This document shows, piece after piece, positions 35,861 through 43,906 of a DNA stretch of 64,000 nucleotides; position 1 is the first letter of the stretch, and each line of letters begins with the position of its first letter. The notes under the pieces are model-generated. The model searched no databases, was not told where the DNA came from, and worked only from the letters and a program-made list of their open reading frames with translations. Source of the DNA: a virus. A program made the translations under genes and the position numbers. The stretch lies in IMG/VR virus record IMGVR_UViG_3300035666_000007, positions 34,035 through 98,034 of that record; one strand, given 5' to 3'.

Positions 35861-36053
35861 GTGGGCGCAACTGCTAGTATGCCTGTAATCGCAGTTTCAT
35901 GGCCAGCTGTGCTGAGTCCAGTTACTGCAAATCGCGGCTGTGCCGCAAAACCTTTTACAAGTTAAGAGAGCCTGCGGCAGTGGTCGCACCTTCTCTTTTT
36001 CGGCGGTGCCGAGCTTGGCTGACACATCAATTCTTTCGCCATAGGGCAAAACA

Positions 36054-37037
36054 ATGATTTTCGCGGGTGTTCCTTTCATTCCTCAGCTTTTTCTTGCGTA
36101 CCAGCAGCAAGAAATTCAAGATCGCAATGCTCTGGTGACTTCGGGCTTGATGGTCACGAACGACGCCATCCAAGCCGAGTTCGCCAAAGGCGGCAAAACC
36201 ATTGACCTGCCTTTCTTCGGAGACCTGACTGGCGACTCCCAGGTTCTGGACGATGTCAACGGCTTGATCGCCGACACGCTCAATGGCGACCTTCAGACCG
36301 GCGTGCGCAACATGCGTGGCAAGGCCTGGAAGGCTTCGGACCTTGCCGGTGATCTGTCCGGTTCCGACCCCATGCGGGCCATTGCGAGCCGGACCGGCCA
36401 GTATTGGGTGCGGGACATGCAGAAAACGCTCATTTCCGTCCTTAAGGGGATGTTCGGGCCCGGCGGTCCCCTGGTTACCAGCCATGCAGTGGGAGGCGTC
36501 AGCACGGAACTGACCCAGTCCGCCATGGTGAGTGGCATCGCCAAGCTGGGTGACGCTGGTGAAGAGCTGACGGGAATCGCAATGCGCTCGCCAGTGTTCT
36601 ATAGGCTGATGGATTTGGACTTGATTGTTCCGGCAAGCACTACCAGCCAGCTCGATTCTCGCCTGTCCGCGCAAACCCTTGAGCGTGGCACGTATCTCGG
36701 TCGCCCCGTTATCATGGACAACACCCTGCCTGTGGACGTGGGCGCCGGTATTGGCGGCAAAGACGTGCATCACACGTACTTCTTTGGCCCTGGTGCCGTT
36801 GCCTACGCCACGGCTCCGGCCAAGGTTCCCGTTGAGCCTGATCGCGACAGCCAGCGCGGTATTGACTACCTGTTCAACAGGACTCACTACCTGATTCACC
36901 CCAATGGCGTTTCCTGGGTGGGCAACGCGGCTGGGAACTCCCCCACCAACGAGGAGCTGGCCACTGGCAGCAATTGGAAAAAGGTGTTCACCGACGATCG
37001 CAACATTCGCATAACTCGCCTCTTGGCTTGCGTGTGA
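36054..37037 (+). CDS. major capsid protein
   Basis: 327 aa; GGKTIDLPFFGDL, RGKAW...GSDPM, HPNGVSW...SPTNEELATGSNW; strong codon bias; position in the head module. Confidence 0.9.
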   Translation: MIFAGVPFIPQLFLAYQQQEIQDRNALVTSGLMVTNDAIQAEFAKGGKTIDLPFFGDLTGDSQVLDDVNGLIADTLNGDLQTGVRNMRGKAWKASDLAGDLSGSDPMRAIASRTGQYWVRDMQKTLISVLKGMFGPGGPLVTSHAVGGVSTELTQSAMVSGIAKLGDAGEELTGIAMRSPVFYRLMDLDLIVPASTTSQLDSRLSAQTLERGTYLGRPVIMDNTLPVDVGAGIGGKDVHHTYFFGPGAVAYATAPAKVPVEPDRDSQRGIDYLFNRTHYLIHPNGVSWVGNAAGNSPTNEELATGSNWKKVFTDDRNIRITRLLACV

Positions 37038-37059
37038 CCTGATTACGCATCGGCAATCC

Positions 37060-37095
37060 AAACCCACTGGCGTCTAGTATGCCAGTGGGTTTTTT
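37060..37095 (+). terminator. intrinsic terminator after the capsid gene
   Basis: AAACCCACTGGC...GCCAGTGGGTTTTTT. Confidence 0.88.
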
Positions 37096-37104
37096 GCTGA
37101 AGTC

Positions 37105-37380
37105 ATGGGAATGCTAAGCTTTCGCATCAACGAGCAGGTCGAGCTGGAGCGAGTAGCGCTCGCTGCCGCCAAGGGGAAAGAGGGGGGCGAGGGGGGCGAA
37201 GCCTGCCTGATGCCAGGGGCGGCCAAAGCGCCGGAAGCAGAAGCAGAAGCAGAAGCAGAAGCGGAAGCTGGCGAGACCGTCCAGGCCGAATCGACTTCGG
37301 AGCTTGAAAAAATTCCAACTTCTGCTTCATCGAAGGCGGCTACAGTGAAACCACAGCCGAAAACCTCTACTCAGAAGTAG
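37105..37380 (+). CDS. low-complexity head-associated protein
   Basis: 91 aa; (GAAGCN)x6 encodes an EA repeat at 37234-37269. Confidence 0.6.
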   Translation: MGMLSFRINEQVELERVALAAAKGKEGGEGGEACLMPGAAKAPEAEAEAEAEAEAGETVQAESTSELEKIPTSASSKAATVKPQPKTSTQK

Positions 37381-37405
37381 ACAGATCGGAATTACGTGAA
37401 CCGAA

Positions 37406-38065
37406 ATGGCCTTCGTCTCAACGCTAGGAGCCAGTAACGCAAACTCTTTCATTAGCGTTGCGAGGGCCACGTCTCTTTTGGGTGAGCTGCCTGACAGCCC
37501 TGGTGTTGTCGGGTGGCTCGCACTGACTGAAGCGCGAAAGGAGAAAACTCTTGTTGCTGCAGCAATGGCGATCAACCCTCTCCGCTGGAAGGGGTTTGCT
37601 GCAACCTCGGTGCAATCTCTCGCCTGGCCAAGGAAAGTTAAAATCGATGGTCGCAGGCTGCCGTCTGACGAGCTGCCGCTCGATCTGGAGTACGCAGTGG
37701 CCTACATGGCTGCGTTTCTGACCACGACTGGTGGCTATACCGGGATTTCCGCTGAAAATGATGGCGGCGTTGAGCTGCAGCAGAGCGATCAATACGAAGA
37801 GGTTGACCTTGGCTCGGGAGCGCTGAGGGTTAAACTCAAAGACGAAGATCAGGGGCGGTCGGGATTTGAGTACATCCCGCCTTTCGTCATGGACATTCTA
37901 TCCAGATACATTGTTGACAGTAGTTTCAACCAGTCCTACGTGTCCAGAGCGGGCTCCGCTCGAATTACCCCGTTTTACTCAGGCGCAGCTTATGGTCGTC
38001 GCATCAGAATTGTGGGCAATGCCATATTCCCCGCCTCTGGTGGTTGGGCGAGCAATCCTCTTTGA
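37406..38065 (+). CDS. head-tail adaptor (DnaT-like family)
   Basis: ANSFISVARA...WKG...QSLAWPR. Confidence 0.8.
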   Translation: MAFVSTLGASNANSFISVARATSLLGELPDSPGVVGWLALTEARKEKTLVAAAMAINPLRWKGFAATSVQSLAWPRKVKIDGRRLPSDELPLDLEYAVAYMAAFLTTTGGYTGISAENDGGVELQQSDQYEEVDLGSGALRVKLKDEDQGRSGFEYIPPFVMDILSRYIVDSSFNQSYVSRAGSARITPFYSGAAYGRRIRIVGNAIFPASGGWASNPL

Positions 38066-38071
38066 TCAGTT

Positions 38072-38449
38072 ATGTCTCTTGTTGATCGAACTTTTGGAAA
38101 ACTTCCTGGGCCCTTAATTGCAAGGTGGGGAATCTCGGCTGTTTACATTAAAGCGTCCGAGAATCAGCAATACGATCCGATGACAGGAACGGTACTGGGC
38201 TACGCAGAGGAAGTTCCCTTGAAAATTCTGATTACACAGTTAAGACCAGAAGAGGTCCAGGGCCTGTATCAGATGACCGATGTTAAGTTTTTAATTGCGG
38301 CCTCTTCGCTTGGCGAATACTATCCAAGGACGACCGACTCAATTCGCTACATGCAATACGGAGCCGAAAGAACTGCCAGGGTGATTGGGATGCTGTCCTA
38401 CAGGGGTGACAATCCTATACTGCATGTAGGCGTTGGAAGGCTGGGTTAA
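38072..38449 (+). CDS. head closure protein
   Basis: YDPMTGTV motif; position. Confidence 0.7.
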   Translation: MSLVDRTFGKLPGPLIARWGISAVYIKASENQQYDPMTGTVLGYAEEVPLKILITQLRPEEVQGLYQMTDVKFLIAASSLGEYYPRTTDSIRYMQYGAERTARVIGMLSYRGDNPILHVGVGRLG

Positions 38450-39066
38450 TGGTTGCAAGAAATGCCGGACGAGCCCCTGCTGCCCAGGTTGCCAGAAACC
38501 TGGCCGCTGCACAAAGAAGCTCGGCCAAGGAGCTTGAAAAGGGGCTTCGCAGACAGATTGCCCGTGGCGTTCAGGAATTTGCCGTCCGCTCGATGAACGA
38601 GCTGGCACAACGAGGCCCCGCCTGGAGTGGTGAATTTTCGCAGTCATGGGTTTTCGGCGCAGAAGGTCAGACTCCCGTGAGCGTAACGGCTGGCGCTCGC
38701 TCTGGAATTGGCAGGTATGGCAAAGCTGACGCGCCCGTGAGAGAAATAGAGAGACACTTGGATCGCAATGTTTCAAGATTCACCATTCTCAACACCGCGA
38801 GTCACGCCGCTATTGCAATTGACGAAGAGATGGGAGTCTTCAAGCATCAGCCTGAACCGCCGCTCAAGGAGCCCGATCTTGGCAGTGGAAGGGATCAGCC
38901 CAGTCTTCGGCACGACATTGGCGAAGATTTCGCTGGGCCAGAGGGACAGCATTCTGCCTCCAGGACCGCTGAAGAGGACTGGTTTGACACCTACGTCAAG
39001 GGGGGCGGCCTGAACAAAGACCTAAGAAACGGATTTTCGTATGGATTCCAGGACATTGGCCAATGA
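38449..39066 (+). CDS. neck or tail-completion protein (HK97 gp10-like)
   Basis: GPAWSGEFSQSW...N...HA; position. Confidence 0.65.
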   Translation: MVARNAGRAPAAQVARNLAAAQRSSAKELEKGLRRQIARGVQEFAVRSMNELAQRGPAWSGEFSQSWVFGAEGQTPVSVTAGARSGIGRYGKADAPVREIERHLDRNVSRFTILNTASHAAIAIDEEMGVFKHQPEPPLKEPDLGSGRDQPSLRHDIGEDFAGPEGQHSASRTAEEDWFDTYVKGGGLNKDLRNGFSYGFQDIGQ

Positions 39067-39533
39067 CGGATTATCAGAAAATCAGAGCAGCGATTGAAGC
39101 CCCGCTGCTGGTCGCTTTTAACAATCAAATACCGCCTGTTCCTGTTTATTTTGACAATGTAACAGCGGTTCCACCTGATGCTCCGAAAGAATACGTTCGC
39201 GTCAATTTGACATTCGGAGAGATGAGCGAGTCCACCTTGGCGATGGCGCTTGACAGGCCGCAAGGCGCAATTGTCATTCGCTGCTTCGCGCCCAAGGGGG
39301 GAGGCGCCGCAAGGTGCCAGGAGCTTGTCTGTATGGCGGCAACTGTACTCAAGACGCTTTCGGCGACCAAAAGAGACAGCTCCGAAGTTTTTGTAAGAGT
39401 GAGATCGATGACCGGGCCCACTTTTGCTGGTGAAAGAATCGAATCCATCGAGTCTTCGATGACAAATCAAGTGACTCATTTTATGGGCAAGATCTCTGCT
39501 GGTTGGCAAGCTATTCTGCCTTGCTCTGCGTGA
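39063..39533 (+). CDS. tail terminator (DUF4128-like)
   Basis: VYFDNV...G.IVIRCFAPKGGG; position. Confidence 0.7.
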   Translation: MTDYQKIRAAIEAPLLVAFNNQIPPVPVYFDNVTAVPPDAPKEYVRVNLTFGEMSESTLAMALDRPQGAIVIRCFAPKGGGAARCQELVCMAATVLKTLSATKRDSSEVFVRVRSMTGPTFAGERIESIESSMTNQVTHFMGKISAGWQAILPCSA

Positions 39534-39596
39534 TTTGCTCTCGCTAATCTGAGGTTAGTCGGGCAGTGCCCGCATTGTCGTCCTTCCCGCAAAACA

Positions 39597-40352
39597 ATGT
39601 CTTGTGATACCACCGTCCTTACGGGCACTTCTGGGGCTTTTTACTACAAGCCGGCCAATACCGAAGCTTGCATTGTTGCAGACAGCTTTCCTGCGACCGG
39701 CTCCAACATTTCTGTTGGCACATTTCTCGGCTTTCGGGTTAACGATCCCATCGCCCTGGCGTATCCGGTTGGCGCCACTGTGACCAATGCAATTGCTGCG
39801 GGCAACTACTTTGTCAAGACCTACGACGCAGCGACTGGAATCATGACGATTTCCAGCACCGCTGGTGGAGCGGCTGCAACTGCAACTGCAAAGCCCTCTG
39901 CCTTTGGCGCCGGATACGCAACAATCGTCTACAGGGATTTCGTTCCTGTTGGCCAGGTTCGCGATTGGAGCTTCGAGATCACCCGCTCTGAGATCGATGT
40001 AACGACCATCGGTGGCGGGGCCGGCCAGTATGCGCCTTTCCGCAAGTTCGTAACTGGCTTCGCCGATGGCTCTGGAACCGCAACCATTTACACCACCGAC
40101 GAAGACACCTCGATGTCGAATCGGATGGTCGAGGACGTGATTCAACGTCGCCAGGCCGGTGCTGCTGTCAAGCTTTACATTGATCAAGTCTTTGTTGGTG
40201 GCGTCGTGAGTGATCCCGTGAGTCGTTTCATCGAAAGCAGGGTGGTCCTGACCTCTGCAAGCCTCAATGTTAATCCTGACGACGCTCAATCGGTGACACT
40301 CAACTTCCGCCCTTCCGCTGCGCCCGAGTTTGACTTCACGAAATCTGCGTAA
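39597..40352 (+). CDS. major tail tube protein
   Basis: VRDWSFEITRSEIDVTT...GFADGSG; followed by a terminator. Confidence 0.85.
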   Translation: MSCDTTVLTGTSGAFYYKPANTEACIVADSFPATGSNISVGTFLGFRVNDPIALAYPVGATVTNAIAAGNYFVKTYDAATGIMTISSTAGGAAATATAKPSAFGAGYATIVYRDFVPVGQVRDWSFEITRSEIDVTTIGGGAGQYAPFRKFVTGFADGSGTATIYTTDEDTSMSNRMVEDVIQRRQAGAAVKLYIDQVFVGGVVSDPVSRFIESRVVLTSASLNVNPDDAQSVTLNFRPSAAPEFDFTKSA

Positions 40353-40372
40353 TTTGCTTGGTAGATTGCGGC

Positions 40373-40398
40373 AACCCCCTCGAAAGAGGGGGTTTTCT
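40373..40398 (+). terminator. intrinsic terminator
   Basis: AACCCCCTC-GAAA-GAGGGGGTTTT. Confidence 0.85.
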
Positions 40399-40480
40399 TG
40401 TGCGGAATCCAGCCAGCTCCTTGTCTCGCCCTCGGCGCAGCGCTCGCTGGCTACTATTCCAGTAGGGCTCGCGCTTTTCG

Positions 40481-40819
40481 GTGGCTATTCGTCCTGCCAT
40501 TTACCATCTGCTGGTTCAGCGCCGTGCCGACTATCCGCTTTGTCTGCGTTTTAAAAGCGCTGTCAGTGGACCGATAAACTTAGCTGGCTGGACTGTTGTT
40601 GCACAGGTCTGGAACAAGGCCAGAACGGTAAAGTACGCAGATTTTTCCGTTAGCTACATTGACAGGGCTGATGGACGTGTTGACCTTCTTCTGTCGGACG
40701 AAGCAACAAGCGCCCTCCCCAGTGAAGCCTTTTACGATGTTCTCTTGATCAATCCGGGTGGGGCAAAGGAATACTACCTGGAAGGCACAGTTTACACATC
40801 AGAGGGCTATAGCGCATGA
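40481..40819 (+). CDS. BppU-like fibre adaptor protein
   Basis: PINLAGWTVVAQV...YDVLL...YYLEG. Confidence 0.7.
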   Translation: MAIRPAIYHLLVQRRADYPLCLRFKSAVSGPINLAGWTVVAQVWNKARTVKYADFSVSYIDRADGRVDLLLSDEATSALPSEAFYDVLLINPGGAKEYYLEGTVYTSEGYSA

Positions 40820-42702
40820 CGACGGCTTCTTGCAGTAACGGGATTGTCGAGGTTCTTGTTGCGGGGCCGCAGGGGCCTGGCACTGTTGGCGCGACCTGGC
40901 TGCAGGGAGAGGGACCGCCTGGTGCGGGCATAGGCTCCAATGGCGATTTTTATCTTGATACCGAAGGCGGTGATATTTACGGACCAAAAACCAATGCGGG
41001 TTGGGGTTCGGTTATTTTCAGCATTGCAGCAGGCAGTGCGACGAATCTTGGTTACGATTCGGCTTCTCGGTTGCTGAGCAGCTCGACTGGGACCGACGTA
41101 GTTTTGCCAGAAGCTACGACAACTGTTGCTGGCTTGATGAGTAGCGGTGACAAGGCGAAAATTGCCGGCATACAACCTGGGGCTGAGGTTAACGTAAATG
41201 CTGACTGGAATGCCACGAGTGGTGACGCGCAAATCCTGAACAAGCCGCCTTTGGGGGGCGCCGCAGGGCTAAATGTTGGCACCACTGCTGGAACCGTTGC
41301 CGCTGGAAACGACGTTAGGTTAGGCGATCCTCGAATTCCGGTTGCACATAAGAGCAGTCATGCAATTGGCGGAGCCGATGCACTGACTCCCGCCGACATT
41401 GGCGCGGCAAACGCTGCGCAGGGGGCCCTGGCCGCCACTGCGGTGCAACCTGGCAGCCTCGCGGCGGTGGCCACCAGCGGTGCCTATGCCGACCTGAGCG
41501 GCAAGCCGGCAATTCCAGCCGCAGCCACGGCCACGCCGCAGCCACTGGGCACAGCAGCAGCCGGTAGCAGCTCGAATTACGCACGGGAGAACCACGTTCA
41601 CGGTATGCCGAACGCGGCGGACGTGGGCGCAGATCCATCGGGGACTGCTGCCAGTGCGGTGAGCGCACACATTGGAGACGCAGATCCGCACCCCAACAGA
41701 TACGCATCCACGGCCCAGGGAGCCCTGGCCGCCACAGCAATTCAACCAGGCAATGCAGCGCTGAGCGATGCCAGGGAGTGGAGCGCGGCAACGGTCAGCC
41801 AGGCCGAGGCTGAGGCGGGGGTCTCCACCAGCCGCCGCGCATTTTCCCCCCAGCGGGTGTTCCAGGCCGTTGCCTCCTGGTGGGCCGGAAGTGAGTTTGC
41901 GGCGAAATTGGCTGGGATTGCGACGGGTGCCACAGCAAACAGCACCGATGCGACGCTGCTGGCTCGCGCCAACCACACCGGCACGCAGGCTGTCGGGACC
42001 ATCACAGGGCTGGGCACCGCCGCCACGCTCAACCACGGCACAGCAGCTGGCAACGTGGTGAGGCTGGACCCGACGACAGGTCGGCTGCCAGCGGTTGATG
42101 GATCGCAGCTGACCGGTCTACCTGGCGGATCCGGAACCAGCTTCGGCGGCTACGCCGTTAATAACTACATCGTGCCGACAACAGGTGCTTTGGCCGCTGG
42201 TCAGGCAATCACCGCCAATCAAATTGCGCTGATGCCATTCATGGTGGAGCGTGCAATTACGCCATCTGAATTGGTAGTTAGAGTTACGACGGCTGCTTCT
42301 GGCAGTGAGTTTCAGCTGGCCATTTACGGTTCCGTCAATGGGCTGCATTCGGGAAATCCAATCTTTTCAACTGTCCCCCTCAGCGCTGGCACTACCGGAC
42401 CCATTCAGGCTGCGATGGCAGTCACACTGCAGCCCGGTGTTGTGTACTGGGGGGCGATTAACTCAAACGGCACGCCAACATTCTTGAGTGTTGCAGCAAA
42501 TAATTCATACCATTCTTCGATTGTAGGTGCCGGGACGCTATCAGAAGTGCTTTCAAATACGGGTACGTCTTTTCATTGCAGGATAGTTACAGGCCAAACG
42601 TATGGAACGTGGCCTGATCTAACAGGAGTGTCTTCTGTTGTGCCAACTTCAAACCAGCGCCGTGTACCTGTGTTTGCATTCTTGATCAACGCCCTGCCAT
42701 GA
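40816..42702 (+). CDS. fibre protein
   Basis: 628 aa A/G/T-rich; GDFYLD, ARANHTGTQ, LPAVDGSQLTGL. Confidence 0.75.
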   Translation: MTTASCSNGIVEVLVAGPQGPGTVGATWLQGEGPPGAGIGSNGDFYLDTEGGDIYGPKTNAGWGSVIFSIAAGSATNLGYDSASRLLSSSTGTDVVLPEATTTVAGLMSSGDKAKIAGIQPGAEVNVNADWNATSGDAQILNKPPLGGAAGLNVGTTAGTVAAGNDVRLGDPRIPVAHKSSHAIGGADALTPADIGAANAAQGALAATAVQPGSLAAVATSGAYADLSGKPAIPAAATATPQPLGTAAAGSSSNYARENHVHGMPNAADVGADPSGTAASAVSAHIGDADPHPNRYASTAQGALAATAIQPGNAALSDAREWSAATVSQAEAEAGVSTSRRAFSPQRVFQAVASWWAGSEFAAKLAGIATGATANSTDATLLARANHTGTQAVGTITGLGTAATLNHGTAAGNVVRLDPTTGRLPAVDGSQLTGLPGGSGTSFGGYAVNNYIVPTTGALAAGQAITANQIALMPFMVERAITPSELVVRVTTAASGSEFQLAIYGSVNGLHSGNPIFSTVPLSAGTTGPIQAAMAVTLQPGVVYWGAINSNGTPTFLSVAANNSYHSSIVGAGTLSEVLSNTGTSFHCRIVTGQTYGTWPDLTGVSSVVPTSNQRRVPVFAFLINALP

Positions 42703-43106
42703 TTGCTTACTCCTCTACTGGCATCACGATCACGGACGATCGCGACCCGTCCCGCCCCCCGCTGGTGCTGCCGGTTGGGTCTACATCGGCTGAGGTAGAA
42801 GCAGCAGTGGCGGAGTATTCCCCGCCGGATCCGCAGCCTGATTACGACGGCTTTGGAATATGGTTGCTGACCACACCTGAAATTCAGCAGGCGTATGACA
42901 TTGCGTTTGAAGGCAACAAACTATGGGCTGGATCGCTGCCACCTGCGGTGCTGGTTGCCGCCGATGGCGAGCCAAAACACCTCCGGACTACGCTGCTCTT
43001 GCTGCGGCGCCAAGGGCTGTTGAGTCAGGAGACACTGGCAGCGATGCTGGCTGCCGGCCAGCAATGCAACCTGCCGCCTGAGTTTCTGCAGGCGCTGGGG
43101 GGTTGA
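42699..43106 (+). CDS. putative fibre assembly protein
   Basis: 135 aa, coupled to the fibre gene. Confidence 0.55.
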   Translation: MIAYSSTGITITDDRDPSRPPLVLPVGSTSAEVEAAVAEYSPPDPQPDYDGFGIWLLTTPEIQQAYDIAFEGNKLWAGSLPPAVLVAADGEPKHLRTTLLLLRRQGLLSQETLAAMLAAGQQCNLPPEFLQALGG

Positions 43107-43289
43107 CAAGCGCGGCACCTGCGTTAACACACACCGCTTATCCGTTAATTTTATTTGTAAGCTTGGGCGAAAGCTGTTTCGAGTAGCCGCACCAGGCCGC
43201 TGCGGCTACTCGGACTGGCCCACTTCACCGCCAGGGATGCCTGGCACCACTGGTTGCAGTAGAGTTTTGCGGCACCCATCTCTATTTTC

Positions 43290-43661
43290 ATGACCGCCGC
43301 CGCTGCTGCCTCCACCGCCACTTCGATCAGGGCGATCGACCGCCTGCGCAAGGCGGCCAACTTTGAGCCGATCCGCCAAAGCGTCACCCTTGCCAATGGC
43401 GAAGAATTTGAATTTTACGTCAAGCCCCTGACCGCCGCTGAGCGTGAAAAAGCACAGAAGAACTCAAAATTCGCAAACGAGTTTGGCGTTCAAGTTCTTA
43501 TTCTGAAAGCTGAGGACGCAGAGGGTCAACCGTTGTTTGCGGTGGGCGAGGCCGCAATTTTGAAGCAAGAAATCGAAGACGAAGTGCTTCAAAAAATGAT
43601 TCTTTGCGTACTGCGGCCCAACGGCACTGAGGAGGAAGAAGCCGACTCCAAAAGTAATTGA
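43290..43661 (+). CDS. tail assembly chaperone (gpG analogue)
   Basis: PLTAAERE.AQK...KAEDAEGQPLF; lies between tail tube and tape measure. Confidence 0.8.
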   Translation: MTAAAAASTATSIRAIDRLRKAANFEPIRQSVTLANGEEFEFYVKPLTAAEREKAQKNSKFANEFGVQVLILKAEDAEGQPLFAVGEAAILKQEIEDEVLQKMILCVLRPNGTEEEEADSKSN

Positions 43662-43848
43662 AAAAGAGCTTGAGCAAGACTCAAGGCTGCTTTTTTTGCT
43701 GTCGCTCGCCGACAAAAAGCACATGACCTTGAATCAGCTTAAGCAATCAGTTACAGACGAGGAAGTGCTGCTTTGGCAGGCTTTCTACTCCATTAAGGCC
43801 AAGAGAGAAAAAGCAGAGGCAGATAAAATCAGAAAGAGGAGGCGCTAG
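43651..43848 (+). CDS. frameshifted C-terminal extension of the tail assembly chaperone (gpT analogue)
   Basis: the +1 frame from TCC-AAA-AGT gives KVIEKELEQDSRLLFLLSLA...MTLNQLKQSVTDEEVLLWQAFY...RRR*. Confidence 0.75.
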   Translation, partial: KVIEKELEQDSRLLFLLSLADKKHMTLNQLKQSVTDEEVLLWQAFYSIKAKREKAEADKIRKRRR

Positions 43849-43861
43849 TCGCCTCTTTTTT
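43839..43861 (+). terminator. terminator-like hairpin before the tape measure gene
   Basis: GAGGCG-CTAGT-CGCCTC-T6. Confidence 0.6.
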
Positions 43862-43906
43862 ATGCCCAGGCAGTTGATTAGACTGCTGGTAGCCAGTGTA
43901 TCGAGA

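Noticed and set aside
36027-37067. 346-aa antisense ORF over the capsid gene, and similar shadow ORFs over the fibres and tape measure gene
   Set aside because: Expected artefact of biased codon usage on the coding strand; no protein-like motifs.
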